A DNA stretch of 64,000 nt from Paraspadella gotoi. Lineage: Eukaryota > Animalia > Chaetognatha. A model generated the notes under the pieces. The model searched no databases. It had not been told where the DNA came from and worked only from the letters and a program-made list of their open reading frames with translations. Made by a program: the position numbers and the translations under genes. The stretch covers positions 17,325,172-17,389,171 of the forward strand of contig CM119265.1 of the NCBI GenBank assembly GCA_051294375.1, given 5' to 3'. Shown here piece by piece: positions 1 through 10,376 of this stretch (position 1 is the first letter of the stretch; every line of letters starts with the position of its first letter).

Positions 1-1032
1 TTTGTCGTTTCTAAGAATTGAGCGATGTTTCTTTTAATAAAGGCGTTTCTTAAAATTTGATTGACGCTGGGCCTGAGGTCAGGGTTTTGATGCAGCATTT
101 GTCGAATGAGTGTGCAGAGATCGGCGCTGTAGTTTCGTGGCATAGCCGGCATTTTTCCTTTCAATATTTTATACACCAGTGAGTTCATGTCTTTAGCATT
201 GAAGGCGTGCTTCAAAGTTGCCATTTCGTAGACGCAACAACCAAGCGCCCATACATCGGATTTGTGGTTGTACGGTTTGTTGGAAAAAAGCTCGGGACTC
301 ATGTAATAAGGAGTGCCAATGAGAGTGCTTGCCATGTCTGTGCTGCTGTCAAGAACGCGGGCGATACCCAAATCCCCCAACTTAACAATTTTGCTTTTTG
401 TCAAAAAAATGTTTTGAGTCTTGAGATCTCGGTGAAGAATGTTCCGTTCGTGAAGATACTGCAGTGCCATGGAAATTTGGACAAACCATTCAACAATCTA
501 TAAAAAGGTATTAAAATTAAACAAGTAATCTAAAAAAAAACAGCTGATTTTCACTAATTACAAATTTTCAAAATATTAAATTTTTATCAACTACGTAGGT
601 ACTAAGTAGTTGTAACGTAGGTTCGAGGGAGGGAATGGTCATTTTCTAACATTTGAAATAGTTATAAAAATTTTCTACCAATTTCATAGCACTTCTCATA
701 TGGCATACCTGTTTCTCCTCCAAATAGGCTCCGTTTTGCTTTTTCAACCGGTCGTATAAGTCGCCTCCTTCGCAGTATCCCATGGCGATACAAAGGAAAC
801 CATCCTTGCTTTCAAAACTGTCTTTGTAAGCAACGATGTTTGGATGTTTTAAGGTCGATAGGAGTTTGGCTTCTTGCTCTGCGGATTCCCGTTCTTTTTT
901 GGAAGAAGTCGACAAATCTATTTTTTTTAGAACGTATTGTTTTTTATCCTGTCGATGTTTGACTAACCATACTTCGCCGTAACTTCCCTTTCCAATAACG
1001 CGGATTCGATTGTAGTCATTCAGAGTCATCAT
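1..1032 (-). CDS. NEK4: NIMA-related Ser/Thr kinase, NEK4-like (exon 1 1032-709, intron 708-498, exon 2 497-<1; truncated by window edge)
   Basis: GKGSYGEV glycine loop and YVLKK in exon 1. After a GT-AG intron the frame reads IVEWFVQISMALQYLHERNILHRDLKTQNIFLTK...DLGIARVL...GTPYYMSPELFSNKPYNHKSDVWALG. The DLG motif and PYNHKSD are typical of NEK4. Confidence 0.88.
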
Positions 1033-1249
1033 TAAAGAGACTAAAGAGAGTCATCCCAGTGTTCCAGAGGTGACTAAACTTCAATTTGTACAATGTACAA
1101 TGTCTAAGATGATCACAAATGAGATAGGGTACGCCAATTGAATTTTTTAAATACATTTAAGACGACTCTTTATAGGGTATATTTGTGACAAACTAATCAA
1201 ATAAATATTTAAACATGAATTGTACTATCATTATCATAACAGAATTTCA

Positions 1250-2656
1250 TCATTCCTCGTAAACAAAGTCAAATCTGGCAACAGCATCTTTTTCGGCGTT
1301 AAAAGTAGTTTTTTGCTTGAAACCGGCTCTGTCGGCCATAGAAATGATTTTCCCCGCATACTGATCGTGATTTTCTTTTCTCAAATCCAAAACAAACTTG
1401 CTAGATTCGACGACGAGTTCCGCTTTCTCAGCAAACAAGCATTTGAGTTCCGGCTCCAGAAGGTGGACAAGAGAATTTGAAAAAAAAGCGAAGTTAAAAC
1501 TGCGCTGGAACTCATGTTTTTTTGCAATATCTCTCGTGCTGGCGAGCGGCAGAAAAATGACTTTAAAATCCCCAACATCGATGGCACTATGCTGGGAAGA
1601 CTCTGCCATGGAAAGGCCCGTTTGAATACTCTCTTGGACGATTTCATCTAAAGTTGGTTCTTCGGTGATTTCCGTAATTTTCGGCCCGTCTCCGTCCCCT
1701 TTTTCCTCCTTGACCGTTTTATTTTCGTATCTGGTTCGGTGAGCGATTTCGTAGAACATGGTCGTTACTGCATGACTGGAAATGGTGACAGCGGTAGAAA
1801 CATGTACCCCGTTCCGGGTTTTTAGCAACTCTGGATCTTCGGCTTCGATCCCGTAGGCGATGTAAGGAGACGTGACGATATCCCCAAAGTACCCGCGTTT
1901 CGCCATTTTTTCGCCCTTTACGCGAACTAAAGCGCCGGAAGAAAGCGTGCGGTTGGGAAATTCATAGCAACCGTCACGGCTCTCGAAGGCGATGCCCTTT
2001 TCGCGCCAATCCGCGTACTGTTTGGAGTTGATCGTCGTCGCCTCCTTCGGTAACAATTTCATGTTGTAGTCCCAGTCAAAGGCGTTCCGTCGAAAGTCGT
2101 AACGAGTCCCCAGGTATTGTCGGTTGCGGCCGTCCCAAAGTTCATGAATAGGAAATTTTTCGACGTCGGTATCTCTCCAGAATTTAAGGATGAATTCCAT
2201 GAAGTCCCGCTCTTTAAACTTGAGCCGTGATAAGTCGACGAGTGAGAGTTTTTCCGACATGAAATCCAAATTGGTCACCATCTTGATCGTCTCATTCGCA
2301 AAATTGGTCAAATAATCCCTCGTTTGCGGTCGTAACAATGAATTGCCAAACAACTCCAAGAAGGTTTCCGTCTTTTCTTGGAGCCCCAAGACTTCGAGAG
2401 GCTCCACGGCCAGACGGAGGAAAAGGATCTGGCGGGCAACGGATTCCAGGTTGCTCTCGATCACGTAAAAGTTCACTTTTCTTCGGGAATGACGATAGCT
2501 TCGTGCGATTGTCGTCAGGACGTGACGGGCGTCCCCTGCTCCCACGAGGAGAACGTTTGCCGGATCTTCGCCTGTCGCGTCGGAAGGAATCGCGGGAAGA
2601 ATGTCGAACGTAGGGCTAAAACCCCACCAGCTTATGTTTCCGAGACTTTGTGTCAT
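1250..2656 (-). CDS. DNAAF3: Dynein axonemal assembly factor 3 (PF22), single exon
   Basis: 468-aa ORF with N-terminal GNISWWGFSP, NVLLVGAGDARHVLTT, LKFKERD, WDGRNRQYLGTRYD, FDWDYNMKL and RGYFGDIVTSPY, all characteristic of DNAAF3. Confidence 0.93.
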   Translation of the reverse strand: MTQSLGNISWWGFSPTFDILPAIPSDATGEDPANVLLVGAGDARHVLTTIARSYRHSRRKVNFYVIESNLESVARQILFLRLAVEPLEVLGLQEKTETFLELFGNSLLRPQTRDYLTNFANETIKMVTNLDFMSEKLSLVDLSRLKFKERDFMEFILKFWRDTDVEKFPIHELWDGRNRQYLGTRYDFRRNAFDWDYNMKLLPKEATTINSKQYADWREKGIAFESRDGCYEFPNRTLSSGALVRVKGEKMAKRGYFGDIVTSPYIAYGIEAEDPELLKTRNGVHVSTAVTISSHAVTTMFYEIAHRTRYENKTVKEEKGDGDGPKITEITEEPTLDEIVQESIQTGLSMAESSQHSAIDVGDFKVIFLPLASTRDIAKKHEFQRSFNFAFFSNSLVHLLEPELKCLFAEKAELVVESSKFVLDLRKENHDQYAGKIISMADRAGFKQKTTFNAEKDAVARFDFVYEE

Positions 2657-3034
2657 TGGTGATCTGAGGTAAAAAAGAGAAACTTAAAATAAAACATTAA
2701 TTTATCGTAGAATGCAAAAATAAATGTATTTTCACAATTTAGTATTTAAAGTATTTATTATTTAAAGTATTTGCAGATAGTAATTTAAATTTTTCGTAGA
2801 TCTCGAACACGATTGCTCTTTTTTTTATCTTAACAATTTCCCGTTCCCTTTTGTTAGCCTAAAACGCTACCTTAGAAAAACAATTTCAATTTTGTGTTTT
2901 GAAAAAAAAAAAATTAAATAAAAAAAAAAAATAAATAATGATCGATACTCTATTCGAATTTGGGATTTCGTTCCTCACAACATTTATTATTTACAATTGT
3001 TATACTTTTCATTCTCGTGAACATATAAAATTGT

Positions 3035-3500
3035 TGTCCACTCCGAGGCACAACTCGCCAGCCTCAACCCGATGAAGGAAGCTCCCGGTTTCGTCCCTGG
3101 ATCCCTATCTCGCCCCGCCGATATATTTGTCCCCAATTGGATAGACGGCCGGAAAATCGCCTTTGACGTATCCGTCGTCTCCCCAGTTCAGGAGGCGATA
3201 ATCCTCCAAGCCGCCATGGCTCCCGCCGCCGCTATCGAGATGCGGAAATCCGACAAAATACGCGGCCACTTCGCCAACTGCCAGTCCCAACCCAAGGCAT
3301 ATTTTTTCAGCCTCTCATTGTAGAAACTTTCGGCGGTTGGGACAGGGAAGCCCTGATCTTCCTCAAAGCCCTAGCCCACCAAAACGCTCGACGATGGGTC
3401 AAAAACAGCGCGCAAGAATGCAAATTCTTTTTTCAGCGCCTGTCAGTCGCTCTACAACGAGGCAACACAACCTTGCTTACGAACCAAATCATGCCTTTTA
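3035..3500 (+). mobile_element. Degenerate 3' fragment of a CRE-like non-LTR retrotransposon (restriction-like endonuclease domain), copy 1
   Basis: RPADIFVPNWIDGRKIAFDVSVVSP...E.RK, then after a frameshift PLIVETFGGW...QRLSVALQRGN. This is the PD-(D/E)xK RLE signature of CRE-type elements. Confidence 0.75.
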
Positions 3501-3876
3501 AGAATCTCTGGACTACCGAAGCATCTCGCCGGGGTTGAGGAGTTTCCTCAAATATTCTTCGAATATTCTCGGGGGCGTTTTAGGAGGACGGACCGGCGGG
3601 TCCTAACAATAGCATCTTTCCTATAATGTTCCAAGAACATTCAAATACTCAAAACTAAATTAAAAATTAAAAAATTAAAAATTCTCTGCTCGTTTCCATC
3701 TCACATGAAAGCTCTTTGCTCTCATTTTCATTTTTGTATTTTGTTTCAATGTAGACTATACAATTGCTTGACGTCTAATTCCTCAGAATTAGTAACATTG
3801 TTGTTTTCCTTTTTCCTTTCAGAAAAAAAAATTCTTTCCAGAAAAAAAGTTTTTGTTTAATATTTATGTTTTAGTC

Positions 3877-4623
3877 GGCGATCCTGCATTTTAAAACACT
3901 CGGAAGGCTTATGTAAAGAGAAAATGAAGGAAAAAAATAAAAAAAATTTAAAAAAAATTGTTTTTTGCTAAAAAAAAATAAATTAGGTTACTTTTATTTT
4001 CGCTTGTTATTTTTAATTTTAATTAAATACTTATTTTCACTATGGAGAGACAGTGCATAAGAAACAAAAAATTTTAAATTTTTGCCATATATTTTAACTT
4101 AATTTCTAAATCATCATCATTATTTTATTTTATTTTTATTTTTTATTTTTGGTTGTGAAGAAACCCTTCCAAAACCTATGGGGGATAGATGGAAGAAGAC
4201 ATAAAGCCTTAAATGAACTGAAGGGTGGGTTAAGGTTAGGGGTGGTTAAGGTTAGGGGTGGTTAAGGTTAGGAGTGGTTAAGGTTAAATGGTTTTAAGGT
4301 TAGGGTAATTAAAACAAATTTTTTATAATTTTTTTAAAAAAATATATATTTTTAAGTGGTTTTTTAAAAGCCGCCAAATAAAAACTTATTTTGTAAATAT
4401 ATATCAAAGGCAATAAAAAAAAATATTATAATTACTAATATTTAAAAAATATTTTTTAAAGAATTAAAAAGAAATCCTTAGCTCGTGAAGCTTAAAAACG
4501 TTTTTAATATCATTGTTGTTACGGTCTTAAATTTTCTTTTCTGTAAAGAAACGAACTTTATTTTTTCCTCTTTCTTTTCGTTTTCCCATAAGCCTCCAGA
4601 GCGTATTCAACTCCGGGATCGCC
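3877..4623. repeat. Imperfect inverted-repeat element with internal (GGTTAAGGTTAGGGGT)n array at ~4228-4305
   Basis: GGCGATCC...GGAAGGCTTATG at 3877-3913 mirrors CATAAGCCTCC...GGATCGCC at 4587-4623. Similar GGTTAGG-rich motifs recur at ~32360-32405 and, reversed, at ~37103-37130. Confidence 0.45.
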
Positions 4624-5153
4624 AATAAATATTTTAATGCTCATCAGCATTAAATCGCGACACTGCCAGATTTCTCTCTCTCTCCCTCCCTCATGCCCTC
4701 TCTTATATTAGTCTTAACCTCAACATTCCGTGCGGCGATGGGATATAGCCTCGGAATCCCGCTCTTACAGGCTCTGAAAACTACGACCGCGAGGACGACC
4801 TGGGCCAAAACGACCTGATTTGGGGATAAAATCCACTCTGAGGCACAACTTGCGAGCCTGGAATCCTAAACTCGACCAGCTGATATTTTTATCTCCAACT
4901 GGATGGAAGGTCGGGAAGTCATCTTCGACGTATCGGTCGTCTCCCTTGTCCAGGAAGCAATGATCTTCCAAGCAGCTACGACTCCTGCCGCTGCAATAGA
5001 GATGCGGAAATCCGCCAAAATGCGCGGCCACTTTGCCAACAGCCGGGCCCAAAGGATATTCTTTTAACCGCTAATTGTAAAAACCTTCTTAAAGGCCATC
5101 GCCTAGCAAAACGTTCGATGATGGGGAAAAAAACAATTTTCTGGAATGTACAG

Positions 5154-5741
5154 TAGGGTGGAATGAAGAAAAGATTGAGCGATTGAACATTATTTTTTTG
5201 TTGCTTAGGGATATATAATTGACAAATTTTAAATCTTTTTAAAATTTTTTTAGCATACAGTATAGTAAATTCAATTCCTTATAAAATCGTTAAATTTCAA
5301 AATATTTTTATTTTATTTTTAAGAACAGATTTGGATTTGCCGTAAAAAACTAAAAAAAATTTATAAAATATGTTATATTATATTTTAATGTTTAGATCGC
5401 AAACTATGACTAAAACGTTTTAACATACATAAGTTTCTAGTACAGAGAATAAAAAAATGAAAAATTTTTATCTTTTTTCCTATTTTAAATGCTGAAGATG
5501 ATAGAATTTTTGATAATTTGTTTTATATTTTTGATTAAACTTTTTATGAAGAATCTGAATCTTTATTAAAATTTACTATTTTATAAGAATATTATTACAA
5601 ATATATTATATTTCACTATTCTGTTATAAAACAATATGAACAAAATATTTTTGTACTAGTTAATCATATTATCTCACATCTAAATATCTTTGTTCGATAA
5701 ATCATTCAAATATATTTTTTGTTCTTGAGTGCTCTACTCTA
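5154..5741. mobile_element. hAT-like non-autonomous element (MITE)
   Basis: Termini TAGGGTGGA / TCTACTCTA are flanked by a perfect 8-bp duplication ATGTACAG (5146-5153 and 5742-5749). The termini resemble those of the element at 48599-48914. Confidence 0.75.
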
Positions 5742-5746
5742 ATGTA

Positions 5747-7011
5747 CAGTCCTGTACAAAAAAAATGCTCCACTTTATAACTTTAAATTTAAGATACACT
5801 ATAAAGACATTTTTAAAAATTATATATAAAAATTAAATTTGTTAAAAAAAGAATCAATATGATTAAATTTTATTACAATTGGTCAAGTGGTTTAAGAGAT
5901 ATAATTTTTTAAACTTGAGTATTCCAAAACTAAACGGGGAAAATCGATTTTAATCTATACGAATTATTTTTAATTAAAAAAATTATAAAATAAAAAAGGC
6001 TATCATTGAGTATCATTGTGGTTGTAAAAAAGTTTTTGACATTCAGATTGTTTAAACACATGTTGTAATGTTTATATTTGTAAAATAAAATAAAATTATA
6101 AAATATTTTTTTTTTTTTAATAAAAATATATTTTATAACAGAAAAGTCTTATTCAAATATAGAGACAAGATATAACTTAGTTATTAAATGAATGGATAAT
6201 TTTTATATTGGTCGTACCAATTTCATAAAAAAATTTTTTTTAAATACAATCATGTCATTGATAAGCATATAACAAAGAAAGTAAGCAAGCTGGACTATTG
6301 AGAGTTTAAATATAAAAAATGTTAGCGATTTTTTTATCAGGGTGTAAAATCTAAAATTATTTTATCAGATAATTTAACCACAGTATTTGATCATTTCATT
6401 TAACTCTCATTTAAAATCCGTATAAAAACTTTAAAATTATAGATCCGTCTTTCATCGTATGTTTTAATAACTTTAAGATTATTATTTAAGGATTTGGGGC
6501 AATCCAGCTATCCGTCCGGATGTTTAGTGTAATTTGTTTTTATTTTAAATTTTGTATTTTGACTTTCTTTTTTGCTATTTAAAATAGTTTAAAGATGAAA
6601 CAAAAAATTTGTTGTAATAACAATTTTTTTTTATTATTGTACATGTTTCGACTCTTAGTGTTACGAGTCTTTATCAGCTCGAAGACTCGTAACATTAAGA
6701 GTCGAAACATGTACAATAATAAAAAAAAATTGTTATTACAACGAATTTTTTGTTTCATCTCTAAACTATTTTAAATTTATATTGTTAAATATAAAAAAAA
6801 TTTTTTTTTAAATATTTTTTGTTCAGTTTTGCTGTAGAATACTTTATTTTAAAAAATCACTGCTCCTAAACGGATGGCCCGATTATAATAAAAATTATGC
6901 CAAACTTATCTTTCAATAATAAATTTTAATAATTAATCTTTCAAAAATAAAGTTCATAGGGTGATTTTTAAAGTCTGAAATAAAGTGGCGCTTTTTTTTT
7001 GGACAAGACTG
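5747..7011. mobile_element. Tc1/mariner-like non-autonomous element
   Basis: ~32-bp TIRs CAGTCCTGTACAAAAAAAATGCTCCACTTTAT / ATAAAGTGGCGCTTTTTTTTTGGACAAGACTG, flanked by TA on both sides. No transposase ORF. Confidence 0.75.
6577..6776. repeat. ~200-bp near-perfect hairpin containing a Penelope-type minimal hammerhead remnant
   Basis: The arms are near-perfect reverse complements. The minus strand reads CTGATAA-A-GACTC(loop)GAGTC-GAAAC-AT-GTA, a hammerhead core with G8>A. Confidence 0.65.
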
Positions 7012-7196
7012 TATCGTTCTCCAACGAGGCAACGCAAACTTGATCATAAACCAGAACGTTGACTTGACCCATTAACAAATTTTTAATGGCATCTTTCCTA
7101 AAATATTTATAACATTTTAAATCCATCTGTCTTTGTCTAAAGCTTATCTATGCCTTTGAACTTAATTTTTAATGCTCACCTATAACCATTAACCAT

Positions 7197-9268
7197 TAGA
7201 CCTTGCCATATATGAAAAGTTTTGAAATATAAAAAAAACGAGTTATGTGTAAAAGGTGCCCATACATCATATGAATTTTTTGAACATTTTTTAAAAAAAA
7301 AAATTTACAGTAAATGCTGCCAACTTTGAAAAAAATGAAAATAAATGGTAAAAAATGGACTTTTTGCTAAATATCTTTAAAAGCTTTATTGCGAGAGGGA
7401 GAAACCCAAACTATCTTGTAGAGTGGAAAAAATTGACTATGTTACATACCTTGCGTTATAAATTAAGTGAATTTTTTACTAAGTAAAATTTTTTTATAAC
7501 TTATTGTTTTGGGCAATTTTTGATAAAAATTTTTAAAAATGATATTTTTAACAAAGTTCGTGAAATATTTTGTAAAAAAAATTACGGCGAATTGAATAAA
7601 GAAATAATTGCCTTTGTTTTGCTGAAAGAATTTTTAAAAAAGGATTATCGGTTAAAAAGTTATAATTTTTTTAAATTTAAAAAAAATCACTTTCCTTAAT
7701 AATTATTTTTATTTAATAGGTTGAACTAGGCTAAAGGTAAAAAGGGAATGTACTTTTCTCAGAGTAAATAAAAAAATAGTAAATTCTGATTTGACAATGG
7801 GTAACTTTAATATTTTGTCTCACCAGGTCATTAAAGTTTTTTTTAAATTTTTATCATTTTATAATGGAATTATGACTTTTAAATAAGATAGTTTTTTATT
7901 TTTTTTTCTATATAAAATATAAAGAAAAATTGACAAAAGCGATTAAATGATAAAATTGATAAAATGAGACAAAGAGTAAAATTAATGAAAGTTAAATAAC
8001 TGAAAAAAGAGTTGCTTGCAGCTTGCCGGTCGAGAAAAAAAAGGTATAGTGCCAAGAAAGAAAACTAGTTATTCTATTTTTTTGTTATCTATTCAAGATT
8101 TATAGTTAATAATTAAGTCTATTGTAAATAGTTGATTTAGTTTTGAAATAAATATAAATTTTCATTCATCTTTATTTTTATTCATTTCATATCTTTTATA
8201 GTTAATGAATTTATCAACAAGTCGGATCTATTCTTAAATTAATCAAGCAAGCTTAATATATTTTTCCAAGTCTTTTACAACCTTTGATTAAGCAATATAT
8301 TAACACAAATTATAATTCAACTCAGTTCTGGAGAACTAGCTTGAAAAGTAATTTATGAAAAAAATAGAATAACTAGTTTTCTTTCTTTGGCACTCTAGAC
8401 TTTTTTTTCTCGATCGGTAAGCAGCAAGCAACTTTCTCTCAGTTGCTTAACTTTCATTAATTTTACTCTTTTTGTCTCATTTTATCAATTTTTAATCATT
8501 TAATCGCTTTTGTCAATTTTTCTTTTTCTTTATATAGAAAAAAATTAAAAAAAACTACCTTATTTAAAAGTCATAATTCATATAAAAATGATAAAAATTA
8601 AAAAAAACTTTAATGACCTGGTTAGACAAAATATTAAAGTTACCCATTGTCAAATCAGAATTTACTATTTTTTTTATTTACTCTAGAAAAGTACATTCCC
8701 TTTTTCTCTTTAGCCTAGTTCAAACCTATTAAATAAAAATAATTATTAAGGAAAGTGATTTTTTTTAATTTAAAAAAATTATAACTTTTTAACCGATAAT
8801 CCTTTTTTAAAAATTCTTTCAGCAAAACAAAGGCAATTATTTTTTAATTCAATTCGCCGTAATTTTTTTTACAAAATATTTTTATTTAAAAATATTATTT
8901 TTTAACAAACATTGTTAAAAATATTATTTTTTAAAAATTTTAACAAAAATTGCCCAAAACAATAGGTTTTAAAAACAATTTTCCTTAGTAAAAAATTCAC
9001 TTAATTTATAATGCGAGGTATGTAACATGGTCAATTTTTTCCGCTCTACAAGATAGTTTGGGTTTCGTCCCTCTAGCAATAAAGCTTTTAAAGATATTTA
9101 GCAAAGTGTCCATTTTTTACCATTTATTTCATTTTTTTCAAAGTTGGCAGCATTTATTGTAAATTTTTTTTTGAAAAAAAATGTTCAAAAAATTCATATG
9201 ATGTATGGGCACCTTTTACACAATACTCGTTTTTTGATTTCAAAACTTTTCATATATGGCAAGGTCTA
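7197..9268. mobile_element. Foldback/MULE-like element with ~880-bp inverted arms
   Basis: 7197-~8082 is the reverse complement of ~8357-9268 (ends TAGACCTTGCCATATATGAAAAG / CTTTTCATATATGGCAAGGTCTA). The 9-mer ATTAACCAT occurs at 7188-7196 and 9271-9279. Confidence 0.8.
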
Positions 9269-10376
9269 TTATTAACCATACAATCATTTAACATACAAAT
9301 TCTTTTTTTTCAGAGGCAAAAAAAAATATTTTTTTCTTACTTTTTTCGTTAGTTAGAAAAAACCTATTTTAGTATATTTAGTATTATGCAAAAGTAACAT
9401 AATAATTTTATTTAAAATTAATCCTTTTTTATACATTTTTTATTAATTTGAAATAAAATCTAGAATGAAAAATTTTGTGCGTTCTTCGTTAATTGGCACA
9501 AAAAAATCTGTGTTTGAATTATTGTTTTTAATTTATCTTAATTGCTATTTATATTATTTTTTTAATGGTTTAAGTGTGGTTATTAAGGCGTAATGTTCAG
9601 TGAACACTGTTGTAGATGTAGTAAAATTTTTAAATTTAACTTTAATTAAAATTCTAAAAGTGAGGAATGAAGAAACATTATACTTATGAACATTTATGTA
9701 ATAAAAACTTCATAATAAATTTACAATTTATGCAGTAGGCCATATTTATACTAGTACTAAACCAATAAATGTTAAAATTTCAAAACAGTTTTTTCTCAGA
9801 TTTTTTGCAGATTTGGATTTGTCATAAAAAGTTGACAAAAGAAATAATAATTCTTTTTGAAAAATTCCTTCATTAAGTGGTCAAAAATTAGAAAAAGCAT
9901 ATTTTTAAGCTGAAAATTAATTTTTATATATTAAATATAGTTTTTTTAATTTTTAACCTACTTAATGAAAGAATTTTTAAAAATGATTTATATTTTTTTT
10001 TTTATTAACTTTTGACGAGGAATTCAAATCTGCAATCAAAATTAAGAAAAGCCTATTTTGAAATTTTTTCGATTTTATAAGGATAGTACTATATATAAAT
10101 ATAGCTACTGCGAAAATTAAAAAAACATAAAATTATTTTTTTTTACAAATTAATGTTTACTGATGGTATGTTGTTCATAATTGACTTTTAGAATTTTCGT
10201 ATGTAACTTTCAAACTAACGCCTTTACTGAACAGCTATAGATTCACAGCAATTTTCTACATATTTTTTCTTTTTAAAAAAAAAAATTAATCAATGATATA
10301 GAATGCGAAACAAAATTAATGAATTATGCTATTGTGTTACTCTTAATGTTAATATAACAATTATTTTGAAAAATTT

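Larger units (their letters stand above)
4720..7075 (+). mobile_element. CRE-like RLE fragment, copy 2, split by nested DNA-transposon insertions (4720-5150 and 7012-7075)
   Basis: 4830-5148 is visibly similar to 3035-3420 (e.g. GACGTATC.GTCGTCTCCC, GAGATGCGGAAATCCG). Homology resumes after the inserts at 7014 (TCCAACGAGGCAACGCA = LQRGNA). Confidence 0.7.

Noticed and set aside
4228-4305. Interstitial telomere
   Set aside because: The units are 16-bp GGTTAAGGTTAGGGGT variants inside a dispersed repeat, not a (TTAGGG)n or (TTAGG)n array.
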